Shown here: positions 44,217-56,880 of the stretch, piece by piece
Numbering within the stretch: position 1 is the stretch's first letter
Layout: the number at the start of each line of letters is the position of its first letter
Assembly: GCA_023515725.1 (NCBI GenBank)
Contig: JALDTO010000146.1
Location: 248,001-312,000 of the forward strand
Length of the DNA: 64,000 nucleotides
DNA from: Amoeboaphelidium protococcarum X5
Lineage: Eukaryota > Fungi > Aphelidiomycota
Direction: 5' to 3'
Translations under genes and position numbers: made by a program
The notes under the pieces: model-generated
The model's input: only the letters and a program-made list of their open reading frames with translations
What the model was told of the DNA's origin: nothing
Databases searched by the model: none

Positions 44217-45953
44217 ATGCCTTCCATTAAAAGTTTATTTGTATCCTTGATGTTAGCCACACTGTCGGGTATTAGTGCTCAAGAAGTCAAGTGTCCGAAT
44301 GGCGTGTGGCCTCGTTATGATTTCAACGACATGCCAGATGATGCTTTGACAGAGTATTTTCAAGCGGTCAATGAGCTTTATCAGAATGGTGTGATGTACA
44401 GGCTGGCCAAAACTCACGAGAATAACTACGATGCTTGGCATTTGAATCAGGATTTCCTGGCTGTCCATCGTTAGTTTAGCTTAGAGTTTGAAAGAGAGCT
44501 GCGTAAAGTAAAGCCAGATGTGATAATACCTATTTGGTAATGGACTAATGACGCTGAAAATCCTGCAGCCTCGCGTATCTGGCAATATTACAGTCGTAAT
44601 GGCTTCAATCCAGTCTCTGATAAGCATCTGAGTATTCCCGGTGTGGACTCTGAAAATTATCCTACATGGAGTACGTACTGTATTCGTAACATCACTCAGA
44701 ATGAGCCAGTCAGAGGCTAAATTGCCAACTTCAATAGCGTTTACAACATGATCTCCACCTTGGCTTTCCCTGCATTCTCCTCTGCATTGGAGTACGGTCC
44801 TCACATGTCTGTGCATGCTAATGCTGGTGGTTTATACAGCACTTTCTTCTCTAACCATAGTCCTCGTGATTCTCTGTTCTTCCTCCATCATGGATTTATC
44901 GATAAGATTTATTGGTGGTTCTAAATGTACGACAGTGGCAAACGCTTCTCCGAGTATGGTGGTGTCAATTCTAGAAATCGTCCGATTAATGGAGAGAGTA
45001 TTGTGCCAGGCTTCTAGGGCCAGGTGCGCATTGATTCTCTGTTTGACGTACAAGATTTGTGCTACACTTACATGCCGTCTGGCTCCAGGTTTGAGCGTGG
45101 GCCGTTGAGGGACATTAATAGGCAGAGAGATATTGATATTGCCAATGCTGAGTTGCGCACACTTGCAGGATTGGCTCCTCCAGCACCTTAGCCTCCAGCA
45201 CCTTAGCCTCCTGCACCTTAGCCTTAGCCTCCATCTCCATAACCTCCTGCTCCTTAGCCATCGACACCAACTCCTCATCCTCCTTCACCTGCTCCAGCTC
45301 CATAACATCCTAGCCCAAGTCCGCATAGCACCACCGTCTTTGGGTAATCACATACTCCTACCTTTTCTACTGCTTCACCGGTCAAAAGTCCCCATACTGA
45401 CTCTCCTGCTCCAAAACCTATTCAGTTGCCTAGCACTGGTCCAAACCCTCACCAAAATGTTACCCAGAGTCGTAATACGACTCATACAGATTCCGGTCAT
45501 AAGAATCAGACTATTGCTCCATTGTTCAGCGACTGGGCTTTGAAGCTAATGGCCCCAATCCGTGAACAGATGCTCACTGCTGAGGCTATTACAATGGCTG
45601 CAAAGAGTGCAGACTTTAAGAAATGGTACGATCCTCAGGCAAGCAACATGGGTATTCCGAAGACGTATGGTGTAGCTAAGGCTGAGTTTTGCGAAAAGCC
45701 TGGTCACATGTCCATGAAGGTATCTCAAAGAGAGGCCCATTATGCAGCCGTCGAGTAGGCAAAGAATACCTCTACGCCGTAACATTCTGGTTCTCCATTG
45801 GGTTTCGTGTCGAATAAGACACATTCTTACGTTGAGAACACTGGTGAAAATGCTCTTGAGGATGTGATGGGCTCTAGTCAAAATGGAGCTTCTTCCGTAA
45901 TGGCATCTGCGCTTATGTCTGCTGCGACAATATTGTTATCGATGATGATTTGA
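44217..45953 (+). CDS. Secreted, putatively GPI-anchored tyrosinase (type-3 copper) with Pro-rich stalk
   Basis: Signal peptide; CuA H..AWH..FLAVHR; CuB GPHMSVH..SPRDSLFFLHHGFIDK; PQP repeats; hydrophobic C-terminus. Confidence 0.85.
45170..45330 (+). repeat. Coding Pro/Gln low-complexity repeat (CCTCCAGCACCTTAG; PPAPQ)
   Basis: Tandem cctccagcaccttag units in tyrosinase 1, with TAG read as Gln. Confidence 0.75.
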
Positions 45954-46413
45954 TACTTAAATGCAATTTTAATTTTTTAAGCTATCATACCGATTAGTTT
46001 GTTTTTCATTGTATAGAATTCTATCTTGGTATGTGCTAATACCGTAGTGGTTATATCGAAGTGACCATTCTGCAATCTGCGACGTGTTTTTACGCGCCTG
46101 GCAGGCATTGTTGTACACTTCTCTCTTATATGATCTTCAAAATTAATCAAAAATATCGCCAAGACCTAAACAGTAGTTTGGTGTTACAAAAATTTCACTA
46201 TTGGTATCACCATATCAAAACCGGGACTGGCTCATTGTGGTGTCACTTGAGATTAATGTCCAATCAGTCACGAGCCAAGCCAAAGATGTGACCCAAACTG
46301 TTATATTAAGCCCTCTGTTGGTCATTGCACTATTCCTTTACTACAAATACTTATATTGATATATAAATCATCTGTGTTTGTTTGTTATTTATATATCTCT
46401 GTGTAATTCAAAC

Positions 46414-48675
46414 ATGTTTCAATATATCATTAAATCCTTGGTGTCGGCAGCGATGATCATGTCTGCCTTCACACAGGCTCAGTCTTAATGTGCAGGCGGC
46501 GTTCGTGGTCGTTACAGCTGGGACGATCTAAGTCAATCGTAAATCGACGATTACCTGACAACATTGCGTCAGTATATTGATAGCGGCTCTATGGAAGTAA
46601 TGGTGAGAGCGCATTTCGATAACTATGGTGCTTGGCACAGTAACCAATTTTTCTTCCCTATCCACCGTGAATTGCTGCGTCGTTATGAGGCTGGTCTCCG
46701 TAGCATCAATCCTAATGTCATCATTCCATACTGGCAGTGGTCAAACGATGCTGCTAATCCTAATTAAGCGCGCATCTGGCAGTCCTTCAGTCGGAATGGG
46801 CGTAATCCTGCTAATGATCGTATTCTTGGCCAATTGCGTATGAATGTGTAAACTCCTCACCTTCTGGTACGTGACCTGCAGCCTAATGGTCTGAGATCAA
46901 ATTCTCTTGCTAGCTTGCGAACCGTTGAGAATCAGATCACCATGAATGATTTTCAAAATTTTAGCCGTAACTTTGAGTTTGGTCCTCACTATCTGGTGCA
47001 TGTCAATGTTGGCGGTCGCACGGGTGATTTGGCTTTTGAATTCTCTCCTAACGATCCTATCTTCTGGCTGCATCACGCCTACTGTGACAAGGTTTGGTGG
47101 TAATGGCAGAATTATGATGGCGCTTCTCGCTTCAACGTCTTCTACGGTGAGAGCCAGTATCGACGTAATGACAACATTACTGCTTCAATGCCTCTGCCTG
47201 GCTTGGGTGCAGCTACGACTTAGTAGCTATTCAATGTGCATGACTCTTGCTACACTTACGTCCCTCCTGGAACTCCCGCAACTTCTGCACCTCTGCAAAA
47301 CGCGTCTCCTCAAAATGACATCATCACCGTGGCGCGTGAAATGAATATTGTCCCCAATACTCCTCCTGCTCTATCTTCCTCAGCTTTGCCGCCGGCTAGC
47401 AGAACTATGTTCTCTACTGCGGTAGAAAGCAGAACTCGTGGTCAACCGCTTTCAACTAGTGCAAGGTCAACGAGAGCTAGAAGCAGTTCGCGCCCATGGG
47501 ACGACAGACAATCATCTGTGTCTCCATTGCCATTATCCACTCCATTATCCGGCTTTATGTCTACTACTATTGGTATGTCTCAATCTCCATTGCCATCTGA
47601 TAATGCATCCTCTGTCTCAAATTACGAGTATTTAACTAGCAGAACCACTATAATGCCTACCTCTGTTTAGAGTGGAGATGGTTGGAATACTCCTGTCCAG
47701 ACTCCACCTTCTAGTGACCAATGGGGAGCTCCTGGTTCTCTTACTTCGTCTCGCTTTGGTCCAGAAGCGACCGCTCTACCTGGCACCCCAGGCACTCCTG
47801 GTACACCTGGCACTCCCAACACTCCTGGCACTCCAGGTGCTCCTAACACTCCTGGTGCGCCTGGTACACCTGGCACTCCCAACACTCCTGGCACTCCAGG
47901 TGCTCCTAACACTCCTGGTGCGCCTGGTACACCTGGCACTCCCAACACTCCTGGCACTCCAGGTGCTCCTAACACTCCTGGTGCGCCTGGTACACCTGGC
48001 ACTCCCAACACTCCTGGTACACCTGGCACTCCCAACACTCCTGGTACACCTGGCACTCCCAACACTCCTGGTACACCTGGCACTCCAGGTGCTCCTAACA
48101 CTCCTGGCACTCCTAACACTCCAGGTACACCAGATACACCTGGATCGCCTGGCTAGCCTGGTTCTGGTGGTAACTCATCGGCTCCTGGTGCTCCTGGCTC
48201 GAATGGTAACGCCCCAGAAGAGTACTTTATTCCAGATTGGGCGCTCGAGCGCAAGCCTTAAATCGCTGATGGTATTCGTAATGCTATCAGCTTCTTAAAT
48301 GAAGCCAGCAGGCCTAACTTTATGAAGAGATACGAAGATTGTATCACCCTGCCTTCCGTGTTTCCTCTCCCTAATGGTAAAGATGTCAATAAGAAGACTT
48401 CTCTATCTTACGGTGCTAATGGAACTGCGCACCATAAGAATGCCGGCGCTAACAATGGCAACGCTGGATCCAACAGCTCTGCTATTCCTTATAAGACGAG
48501 CGCTGTAACTGCTTAAGCGACTCCAGCCGATGGATAGCAACCGGGATTGGGATCAAGTGTTGCAGTTGGCGGAGATTCGAGCGGTGCAAACGCTTCCTCC
48601 GGGTCCAAGACACTTTTCGCTCAAGGTCAAATTATCCTGGTGATTACTGTTGCTTCTTTGATGTACTTATTATGA
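46414..48675 (+). CDS. Second tandem secreted, GPI-type tyrosinase with Ser/Thr and PGT-repeat stalk
   Basis: Signal peptide; [16 protein letters not shown]; [28 protein letters not shown]; hydrophobic C-terminal tail; TGA at 48673-48675. Confidence 0.87.
47778..48150 (+). repeat. Coding minisatellite of 9-nt units (PGT/PNT/PGA) with 63-nt and 27-nt higher-order repeats
   Basis: cctggtacacctggcactcccaacact blocks are repeated almost perfectly. Confidence 0.9.
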
Positions 48676-48934
48676 TGAATCTAAAATATGAAAAATTACG
48701 TTCTATTTTATATTTGATTTAATCTTTATTTCTTACGGTAAGGATAATCAAGCGTAATTCGGGCGCGTAGCTGTTGCCAATCAAGAGACGCCATTGGTAG
48801 CGAGGCTAAATTACTTAAATTATGCCGGATATTTCTGGCTTTTATTAGCTCACTCCTCCACCTAATCTCTATTCCTCATACTCATCAGCATTTTAAACAA
48901 TAACGGATTATTAACCACTCAATATCGCTACATA

Positions 48935-49923
48935 ATGTCTACCGTAAGTCTTTTCTATTTGAAACAAGTTGTATCAGATGTTGTATTGTGTAGAAGTGCC
49001 AAGTTTGCGAGAAGACCGTGTATCCAATGGAGATGGTCAAGATTGACGACCTTACTCTGCACAAGACCTGCTTGAGATGTGCGCACTGCAACAACCAGTT
49101 ATCTCTGGGTAAGTATGCTGCTATCAACGGCAAATACTACTGCAAGCCGCACTTCAAGCAACTGTTTGCTCTGAAGGGAAACTACACGTCCGGGTTTGGT
49201 GAAAATGACACTGGCGCAAGCTCATCCCTTGGTGGCGTCTAGTTCAAGGGCCTTAACAACAACAACAACTCCAACGCTGGCAGCGAATCCAATCCTAAGC
49301 CGCTAGCAAACAAGAAGGCTGCTTCAAGCAATGCTATGGCTAAGGTTGGCTCGACTGCCTCTGTGCATGATGGCTCAAATGATGAGATCAAGGCAGTGTC
49401 AAGAGTCGCTGAAGGCATTCGCGCGTCCATCGAGAATCTGAAACAGACGGCCGCAAAGTCGTCCAGCAGATCTGAATTGCATCACCAGGGAAGCAAGTTG
49501 CGTATCTCTTCTGCCAACGATCTGGACTATGCATCTGGTGATGGAAAGAACACTTAGTAGTCTGTGAGAGCGAAATTCAACGCTTAATCTTCTGCTGCTT
49601 CCGGTGGCACCACTAATAAGTGTGCCGGCTGTGAGAAGACAGTCTTCCCTATGGAGCAGATCCAGGTGGAGTCGATTGTCTACCACAAGTCATGCTTCAG
49701 ATGTGCCCACTGCAACAACATCTTGAAGCTGGGCAATTACGCAGCATTGGACTCCAAACACTACTGCAAGCCTCACTTCAAGTAGTTATTCGCTCTGAAG
49801 GGTAACTACAATGAGGGATTTGGATCACGTCCTCACAAGGAGAAATGGAATCCGAAAGATTTGTCTCAGTCTCAGTCTGAGCTGGAACAGGCACAAGAGA
49901 AGACTGCTCCAATGTAAGTGTGA
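48935..49923 (+). CDS. Two-LIM-domain protein (EPLIN/LIMD2/plant-LIM type), intron 48944-48993
   Basis: Two copies of CxxCEKTVxPME..HKxCxRCAHC..[16 protein letters not shown]. Ends at TGA 49921-49923. Confidence 0.9.
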
Positions 49924-50058
49924 GCAGAATAATAATGATGATGTTGCTACTTGGAATATAAAGTTTACAGCAATGTATAGTTCATATATTTCAATACTTT
50001 CATATTCTTTTAGGATAATACTTACAGATTCTGGTAACAATTAGCACTCTTCTTCGCA

Positions 50059-51834
50059 TCAACGGTAGTACTCGTTAGAAGTACTATTTTTACATACCAA
50101 GTCACCATAAGATTAACGTTTGCGCTCGCGGCTTTACACGTCTGTGCTCGTCGCAGTTTGAGTAGAATTACGCGATTGGCCTGTCACTCCCTGTGAGGCA
50201 GATGAACTAACGCCTGTGTTAGGTCTTATCTTATCCAGTCCGGGAGGAGCTGTAGATTTACGCTTGAGAGAAGGTGTTACAGACTAGGATCTAGAGCCAG
50301 ATTCAGAGCCTTTACGACTATTTTCAGGGCTATTGTTGTTAGATTTGACAGCACCACGATACAACTTCACCCACTGAAGCTTACTAGGACTGATCAAATC
50401 ATATGGCACCTTAATGCTGCTCAAATACTTATCATTAGATGCATCTGGAACCAGAAATGCAGCACTAAATAAAGCTCGCGGAGGACCAGAGTCATGTAAT
50501 GAAGGATTGATGATATTAAGCACCTTATTACTGGCAGACGGCTCAATACCAAACGCTCCAGGTTAAAGAAGTTGCTACGCTTTCTTCAGCAAACGCCTCT
50601 TCACCTTGATAATCGAGTTTTACATTGAAAACACAGAAGACAATACACTCTAAGGTGTGGTAGTATCCATTGCTTTATCTCCGCTCTGTGCCAGCTTCTC
50701 TTCAAATTTATCACATCTTTCAGCTAAAGCCTTGTTCATTTCCACATAAGCATCATTCATGACTTGTACAATCTACTCTATTTTATCCACATGTTCACCA
50801 ACATCTACTGACCTATCAGCAGGATCTATAATGCACAATATATTCTATCCAGTCTTGAAATCACGCTAAAAAGGCCTAAAACGACCACATTAATTATCGT
50901 CATCAAACCTGGCGATACCCAACTTGTCATACATGTACTTTTAGCCATAAAATTCAAGAAAGTCCATGAATAGATTACCCATGTGAAGAACAGGATTGAC
51001 ATTGGAGTCTTTGAGCTATGGATGATTCTCAACAAAGCTTATCACCATCAGAGACGCGGCATATGACCCAATACCACCTGTAATTGCAGAGTGAACACCG
51101 CGACTAAATAAAAAGTACTTAAACAACATTATGAGTCCTCTATTGACAGCACCGAGTCGATCCAACTTCAAATAATGATCCACAATGTCAGTGCCCAACT
51201 TCCATTCCCAGTGATTAATGTACACATTGACGCGTAGATCCGACTGCTTGTCCACAAATCTGACGGTAGGCCTCACAGCAGTGAACACATCTGTAACACT
51301 CTTGGGATCTGCAACTTCCTTCGTTATGAGATCAGAGAATTGACGAAGCATCTCGTACTGATCAACCTTGTCACAGTTGGTGATGATGGTAACGTCCAAA
51401 TCAGCACTGCTCAAATAAGTTGCCAGCGGGAAGCTGCCAATAGCCACCAGGTCTGCCCATCTAAATTCAGCATTATCATTCTCATTAATAGATATGCTCT
51501 TATCCGCAGTGTCATCATCGCCGCTACCTACGCTGCGCATAATCTCATCATAAATCAGAGGATCATTGATATTGATGGCTTCATAGATGCGCAAAGGCGG
51601 CCTTGACCACAACTTGTGCACAATATGGCGCAATCTACCCACAAGCCACTCACGCGCCAAATGTTCATGCGGTTACGGTGTAACAAAGTTGACAAACTCC
51701 AAAGCCTCTACATTGAGTGCATGAATAGGATTGGCAGGATACCTACGATCGTGTGTTATCCACACTGGCAGATACTCTTCTTACGCAGAATCATCAACAC
51801 CCACATTCCTATCGTCGCCGTTGCTCATAATCAT
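50059..51834 (-). CDS. Non-canonical poly(A) polymerase, Trf4/PAPD5-like
   Basis: IGSFPLATYLSSADLDV; KYFLFSRGVHSAITGGIGSYAASLMV; PAP-associated DPADRSVDV. 592 codons. Confidence 0.8.
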
Positions 51835-52488
51835 TTATAATATATATATATATTTTTAATAATATAACTTCTTTCACCTAGACTGCGTTGTATTAAGCGA
51901 ATGATTTATGATATGATCTGATGGGTAAAAGGTGGAATAACCAGAAAGGCGCACGCGTCAATGATGATAAAGACGAAATAAAGTGAAAGTGTGTCGTAAA
52001 TCGAATTTCCTCATAGATTGACGGCACAAAGTCACCGCTAACAAGCGTGCAAGAAATTGCTGTTCTTAGAGCAGTTATATATTATTCAGCGTGCTTGTCT
52101 CATCGTCTCATAATCATTTCAGCAGTGCAGAAGAATGATCGTGGGCGATGCAACACCGAACAGTTTCAGATCTCATTAAAGTTTCAGCTTTTCTTCCTTT
52201 TGACGCGACGGTGGAGAAGAATTTTGTTTAACGGCAGGGGAGAGTGAGAGTTATATGGCAATTTAATATAAAACGGCGTTCATTAATTTAATTCAATTCA
52301 TTACTCTCATTCATTATAGAATAGAATTTCAATCACTGGTGGTTTTTGACAGATACAGTTACATTCTACTGACTAGCTGGATATTATTAATTGCTTAAGT
52401 AGTACTTTACACTTCCCAATCTCTTCTCTTATTATAAAAAAGACCTTGTCTGAGGATATTTGATTAATTAAACTGAATACTTGGTAAA

Positions 52489-54669
52489 ATGATGGATTAT
52501 TAGACATTCTGCGTAGCTCTGCATAATTATAACGGTTCAAGGGATGATGAACTTTCATTAAGGATTGGAGACATTGTTAAAGTGTTCAAGAGAGCTGATG
52601 ATGGCTGGTGGTTTGGATATAAGAACTTGAACAATATCGCAGCGTCACCAGCAGATAAAGGCAGCCATGGATGGTTTCCTTCTAATTTTGCCTATGTGCC
52701 TGAGGATGGAGAGTTTGATTTATCTCAAGGTTATTATTTGCAGTCTTAGTAGCAGCAGTCTTAGTAGTAGTAGTAGAATCAGCCGTAATCGCATCCTGAT
52801 CTGCAACGATACGCCAAAGTGTAATATGACTATGTGGCATAGGAGGAGGATGAACTTGATCTCACAGCTGGCGACATTGTGGTTATTATAAACACTGAAG
52901 AAGATGATGGATGGCATCGTGGGATATTGAAAGAGAAGCTTGGACTATTTCCAGCCAATTTTGTATCGCTCCTGTTGGAGAAGGAAGTTTTAAGTAGCGC
53001 CGTGAACACTAGCAATAGCCAAGTCTCATCAAAGATTCCCAATAATAGAAGATCATCCCTAGCTGTTGACCGCTTGAATTAGTTGCAGTTTTAGTAGTAA
53101 TAATAACAACCGACTCACTTATAGAATGCTGGATTTGAGAACTAGAAAGTCTTATCCACTGTGATGGTCAGTTTTGATTACAATGCTCAGTAGCCTGATG
53201 AACTATAATTGAAGAAGGGCACACTCGTGGATGTTATTCATAAATAGGATGATGGTTGGTGGACGGGTGTTGATCTGAATGGACAGGTTGGTGTATTCCC
53301 GTATAATTTCTGTCGTGAATTGACTCCGGAGGAGAGAAAGTAATACAATGTATCCCCTGGTAATGGTATTAATCATCGATAGGATTAAAGGGGTGTTGGG
53401 AGCAGTGTTAAAGGTTCTGGGCAGTCCGGTAAGTTATCTGTGACTTTAGCTAATTCTAATACCACCACCGCGTCTAATGGGAGTGGGAATGATAATGGCG
53501 GCAATAAATTGAAGCCGATACAGACTTTCAACATAAGTCCGCCGGCGGTATCCAAGAAACCGTCTGTAAAGACTCCTCCTCAAGTCAAGCCAAAGCCATA
53601 GGGTATACAATACGGTAGAGTTGCAGATCCCTCTTAATCTCAGTAATAGTAATAAGTGGCATCCGGTAAAGATTCACAAGAAGGTGGCAAATCTAATAAT
53701 AATGCTGTCTTATACAAGGATTTTATCGCTGTGAACACTTAAAAGTTACCATCACTGACCAAGGATAGAATTAGTCCTTAGTAGAGTGGGAATTAAAAAG
53801 CTTCTCCTGCTGCAATGATTGCTACATAAGGATAATTATCTTCCTCTCCCGGCACATCATAATCACCTCCTATAGTAACTCCATCTGCTCTGGCTATCAA
53901 CTCGCCGTAGCAATATTTTAGCAGCAGTGGCAATCTTGGTCAGAGTGATATTAAGCAGAATGAAGGTGGTAGTAGTGTGAATAGTTCCGATAATGGAACT
54001 CATTTTGATGAAGATGCAAAGAAACGAACACTGAAGTAGATTAGCGACGAACTAAAGAGAGCCAACTCTTCTAAATAGTCTGGCGGTAAGTCTGCAGCGA
54101 CTGACAAGGATCTGGTGCATGCGATTCCTTAGTCCTCAGTTAACTCTTAATCGTCTGTTATTATCAGAGACGATGGCACGGAGAGTAATGATCATACCAT
54201 AGTTGTTCCTTAGTAGCTTGCTAATATCCTCTCGGATCAGAATGGTTCTGCTTTACCAACAACTAGCTACACTGATGCTGGACACAATCAGCATCATTAT
54301 GGCAGTGTCGATAACAACACTGACTATGGTGTAGATAGTGATCAAAATACTCTGATTATAGATGAAGGGGATTTTGTAAGTCAATATGCTGCAGCGCGAT
54401 CGCCATGCTCACTACCCGCCATTGATTACCCATCAACAGCAGCTAATGAGATGCAATCTTAAAAGGGTCATTATATGCATTAGTAGTAGTAGTAATAGTC
54501 ATAGTAATACGACTTGGACTCTATTCCACTGAATGTGCAAAATTACGTCAAAGATTAGATTTAGCGAATGAAACTGCAGTTTGAAAAGCTGTTATAAGAA
54601 GAGCAAGATAAACGCTAGAAGTTGGAGTAATAGTTGTCGCAGCTTTAAGAGTCATTGAGCAAAAAGTGA
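52489..54669 (+). CDS. Triple-SH3 adaptor with Pro-rich region and C-terminal coiled coil (CD2AP/CIN85-like architecture)
   Basis: Three SH3 domains (ALHNY..DELSL..DGWW..GWFPSNF; YDY..EDELDL..DGW..GLFPANFV; FDY..DEL..DGWW..GVFPYNF), PPAVSKKP/PPQVKPKP, polyQ and a terminal coiled coil. Confidence 0.82.
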
Positions 54670-54827
54670 ACATGATGCCAAGAATGTCTAATACACAATC
54701 ATTATATGATACTTATTCAAGCCAGATCCACGTAAAGATAACCTTTAACACAGTACAAAAAGTGATGATGCTTTATCTACTATTTAGTTCACATTATTTA
54801 CGCCATTAATAAATCTTCTTAGAGCAA

Positions 54828-56627
54828 TCAAATGTCAATATCCACTTCTTGCAAGTACTCTTCAAAGGATGACGCTGCAGCCGGCACCTGATTATGATTA
54901 CCATTAGTCTTTGCCATATCAACGACAGTGTGATCAGCAGTACTTAAAACATCAGCTCCGGCACTTTTAGCAGAGCTGTCAATTGAAGATTACTTATCAG
55001 CGTTAGTTCCATTTTAAATCTGAGGTTAAGGTGAGACGTTCATTATGGACCGAGATTTAATTCTGGCAAATGGATCATTCGCACCTTTACCATTCATCAA
55101 CTTCTCATAACGTTCCTTCTTCAACTTCTCCTCAGCCCGAGACACCTCCTCCATATTCTTCCTCCTATTCTTTTCATTTAATTGTGCCCAAACATCTTTC
55201 TTACTTGGACTCGGCTTAATCACCTAGTCTCGCTTCATCTCAGTGTATGCCTGGAATGACAGATAACTAGAATCAGGATCTTCAAGATATTCAGTGATCT
55301 GCCTGATCTGCACATTGAAATCTATGACGCGCTCAGACTGGCCCATCGAGTCTGCTTCATCGCGGAGAGCAACCAGCCGCACCTTCTCCGCTAATAAATT
55401 CTGCGATTCTCCGGCAATCTTCTTCTTCTCCTAAATCATGTAATTGATCTCTTCATCTGTAAATACATGATGCACAGCCTCTTGTATACCATCACGCAGT
55501 CTCTAAATCTCAATCTCACTCAAGAATCGACACTTTTCACTCTTCATCACAGCCACCCATCTATCGTATTCATGCTGCGTAACATCAGAATTACTAACGA
55601 TATCCATCAGGAACACCTTTTCAGCCTTTCCATGCCTGATTCTAAGTGCTGTCCTCGTAGTTGTCTTGTTGATTTTGTAATTACGATGATACTCTTCAAC
55701 ACCGACAATCTGTGCCAATCGATACACCGGCTCACCATCCTCAGGCCTCTGGCCAACACCGAGCCTTATAAAACATCCCAGCACAGTATCTTCAAAGAAC
55801 GGGGTGAACATCCACTTTTCTAATTGATCCCGGGACAAGCGGATAGAATTAATTTGACTCAATGTAGGTACAGAGCGCTCTTTACCAGCACCACCTGCAG
55901 ATGCGCCAAAAGATCCGTCGAACAATCCGCTCTTATCATATGCTCTTCTAGCACGCTTCAAATACGAATCTTTACCACCACCGCGTCCATATCCCAAATC
56001 ACCATCTCCATCGCTATCTTCATACTCATCGAAATCTGGAAGATCAGTCTGCTCTCCCTTCTAACGCTTCTTCCTCCTCTCGGTTAACTCTTTAAGTTTA
56101 GTACTTCTCCTACTACTACCGCTAGTCTTCTATCTCTACCCAGCGGAACTTCTAGTACGACGGGCTTTGACACCACCTTTACTGGCAGCCGCTTCAGCAC
56201 GTAATCTCTTCTTCAACTCAATCTTTTACAATCTCAACTACCTCTTCTCCTCCTGCTCAGCCATAAAAGTCTCTCTCTAAATTTCTGTCATACTGCGAGT
56301 CAGTCGCTCAATCTCTTCAGGTGAAAGGGCATCATCAACTCCAAAGTCCTCCTCTTCATCTTCATCATCATTATCCGATGCAGACAATCTATCAAAAGAA
56401 TCTTCACTGAAACCGTCCAAATCATCCTCATCTTCCTCAGAACTGCCATGTACATTACTAGAATCATAATTATCAGATCCATACGCACCGTCATCATCAT
56501 CATCACCACCATCTATAGACTTGCGCTTACGTACACTTTTACCCTTAGCAGACTTCTTCTATGCCTAGTTGACAGCTTTACTACCCGCAGCCAGACCCAA
56601 TAATTCCTCATCAAAATCGTCATCCAT
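54828..56627 (-). CDS. RTF1: RNA polymerase-associated protein RTF1 (Plus3 domain)
   Basis: MDDDFDEELLGLA start; MTEIQRETFMAE HMD-like segment; Plus3 domain IRLSRDQLEKW..GCFIRLGVG..VYRLAQI..VSNS; C-terminal VDIDI before TGA. Confidence 0.88.
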
Positions 56628-56880
56628 CTTTATTTATTTGATCAAAAGGTGGAGTAATATACAACTTACACACACAATAATAAGAATGATGCGGGCGGCC
56701 CGGTTGAAGGAGGAAAGAGAGTAACGAGTACTGTAAGAACGAAAGTAAAGAGGGAACGAGAAGGAACGCGCGAGAGAGAGAGTGCCGCGAACGATCTCAT
56801 TCAGCAAAGTTGAATAGAATCTGATTGAACAAAGAAACGCGCACAATTTTTGATTGTAGAGTAATACACAGTAGAGTATA

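Noticed and set aside
47667-48119. Collagen/elastin-like GVP-repeat ORF on the minus strand (and the Leu-rich +47672 ORF)
   Set aside because: Antisense or shifted readings of the PGT minisatellite inside tyrosinase 2.
47778-48150. CRISPR-like array
   Set aside because: Contiguous coding repeats with no unique spacers, in a eukaryotic context with no cas genes.
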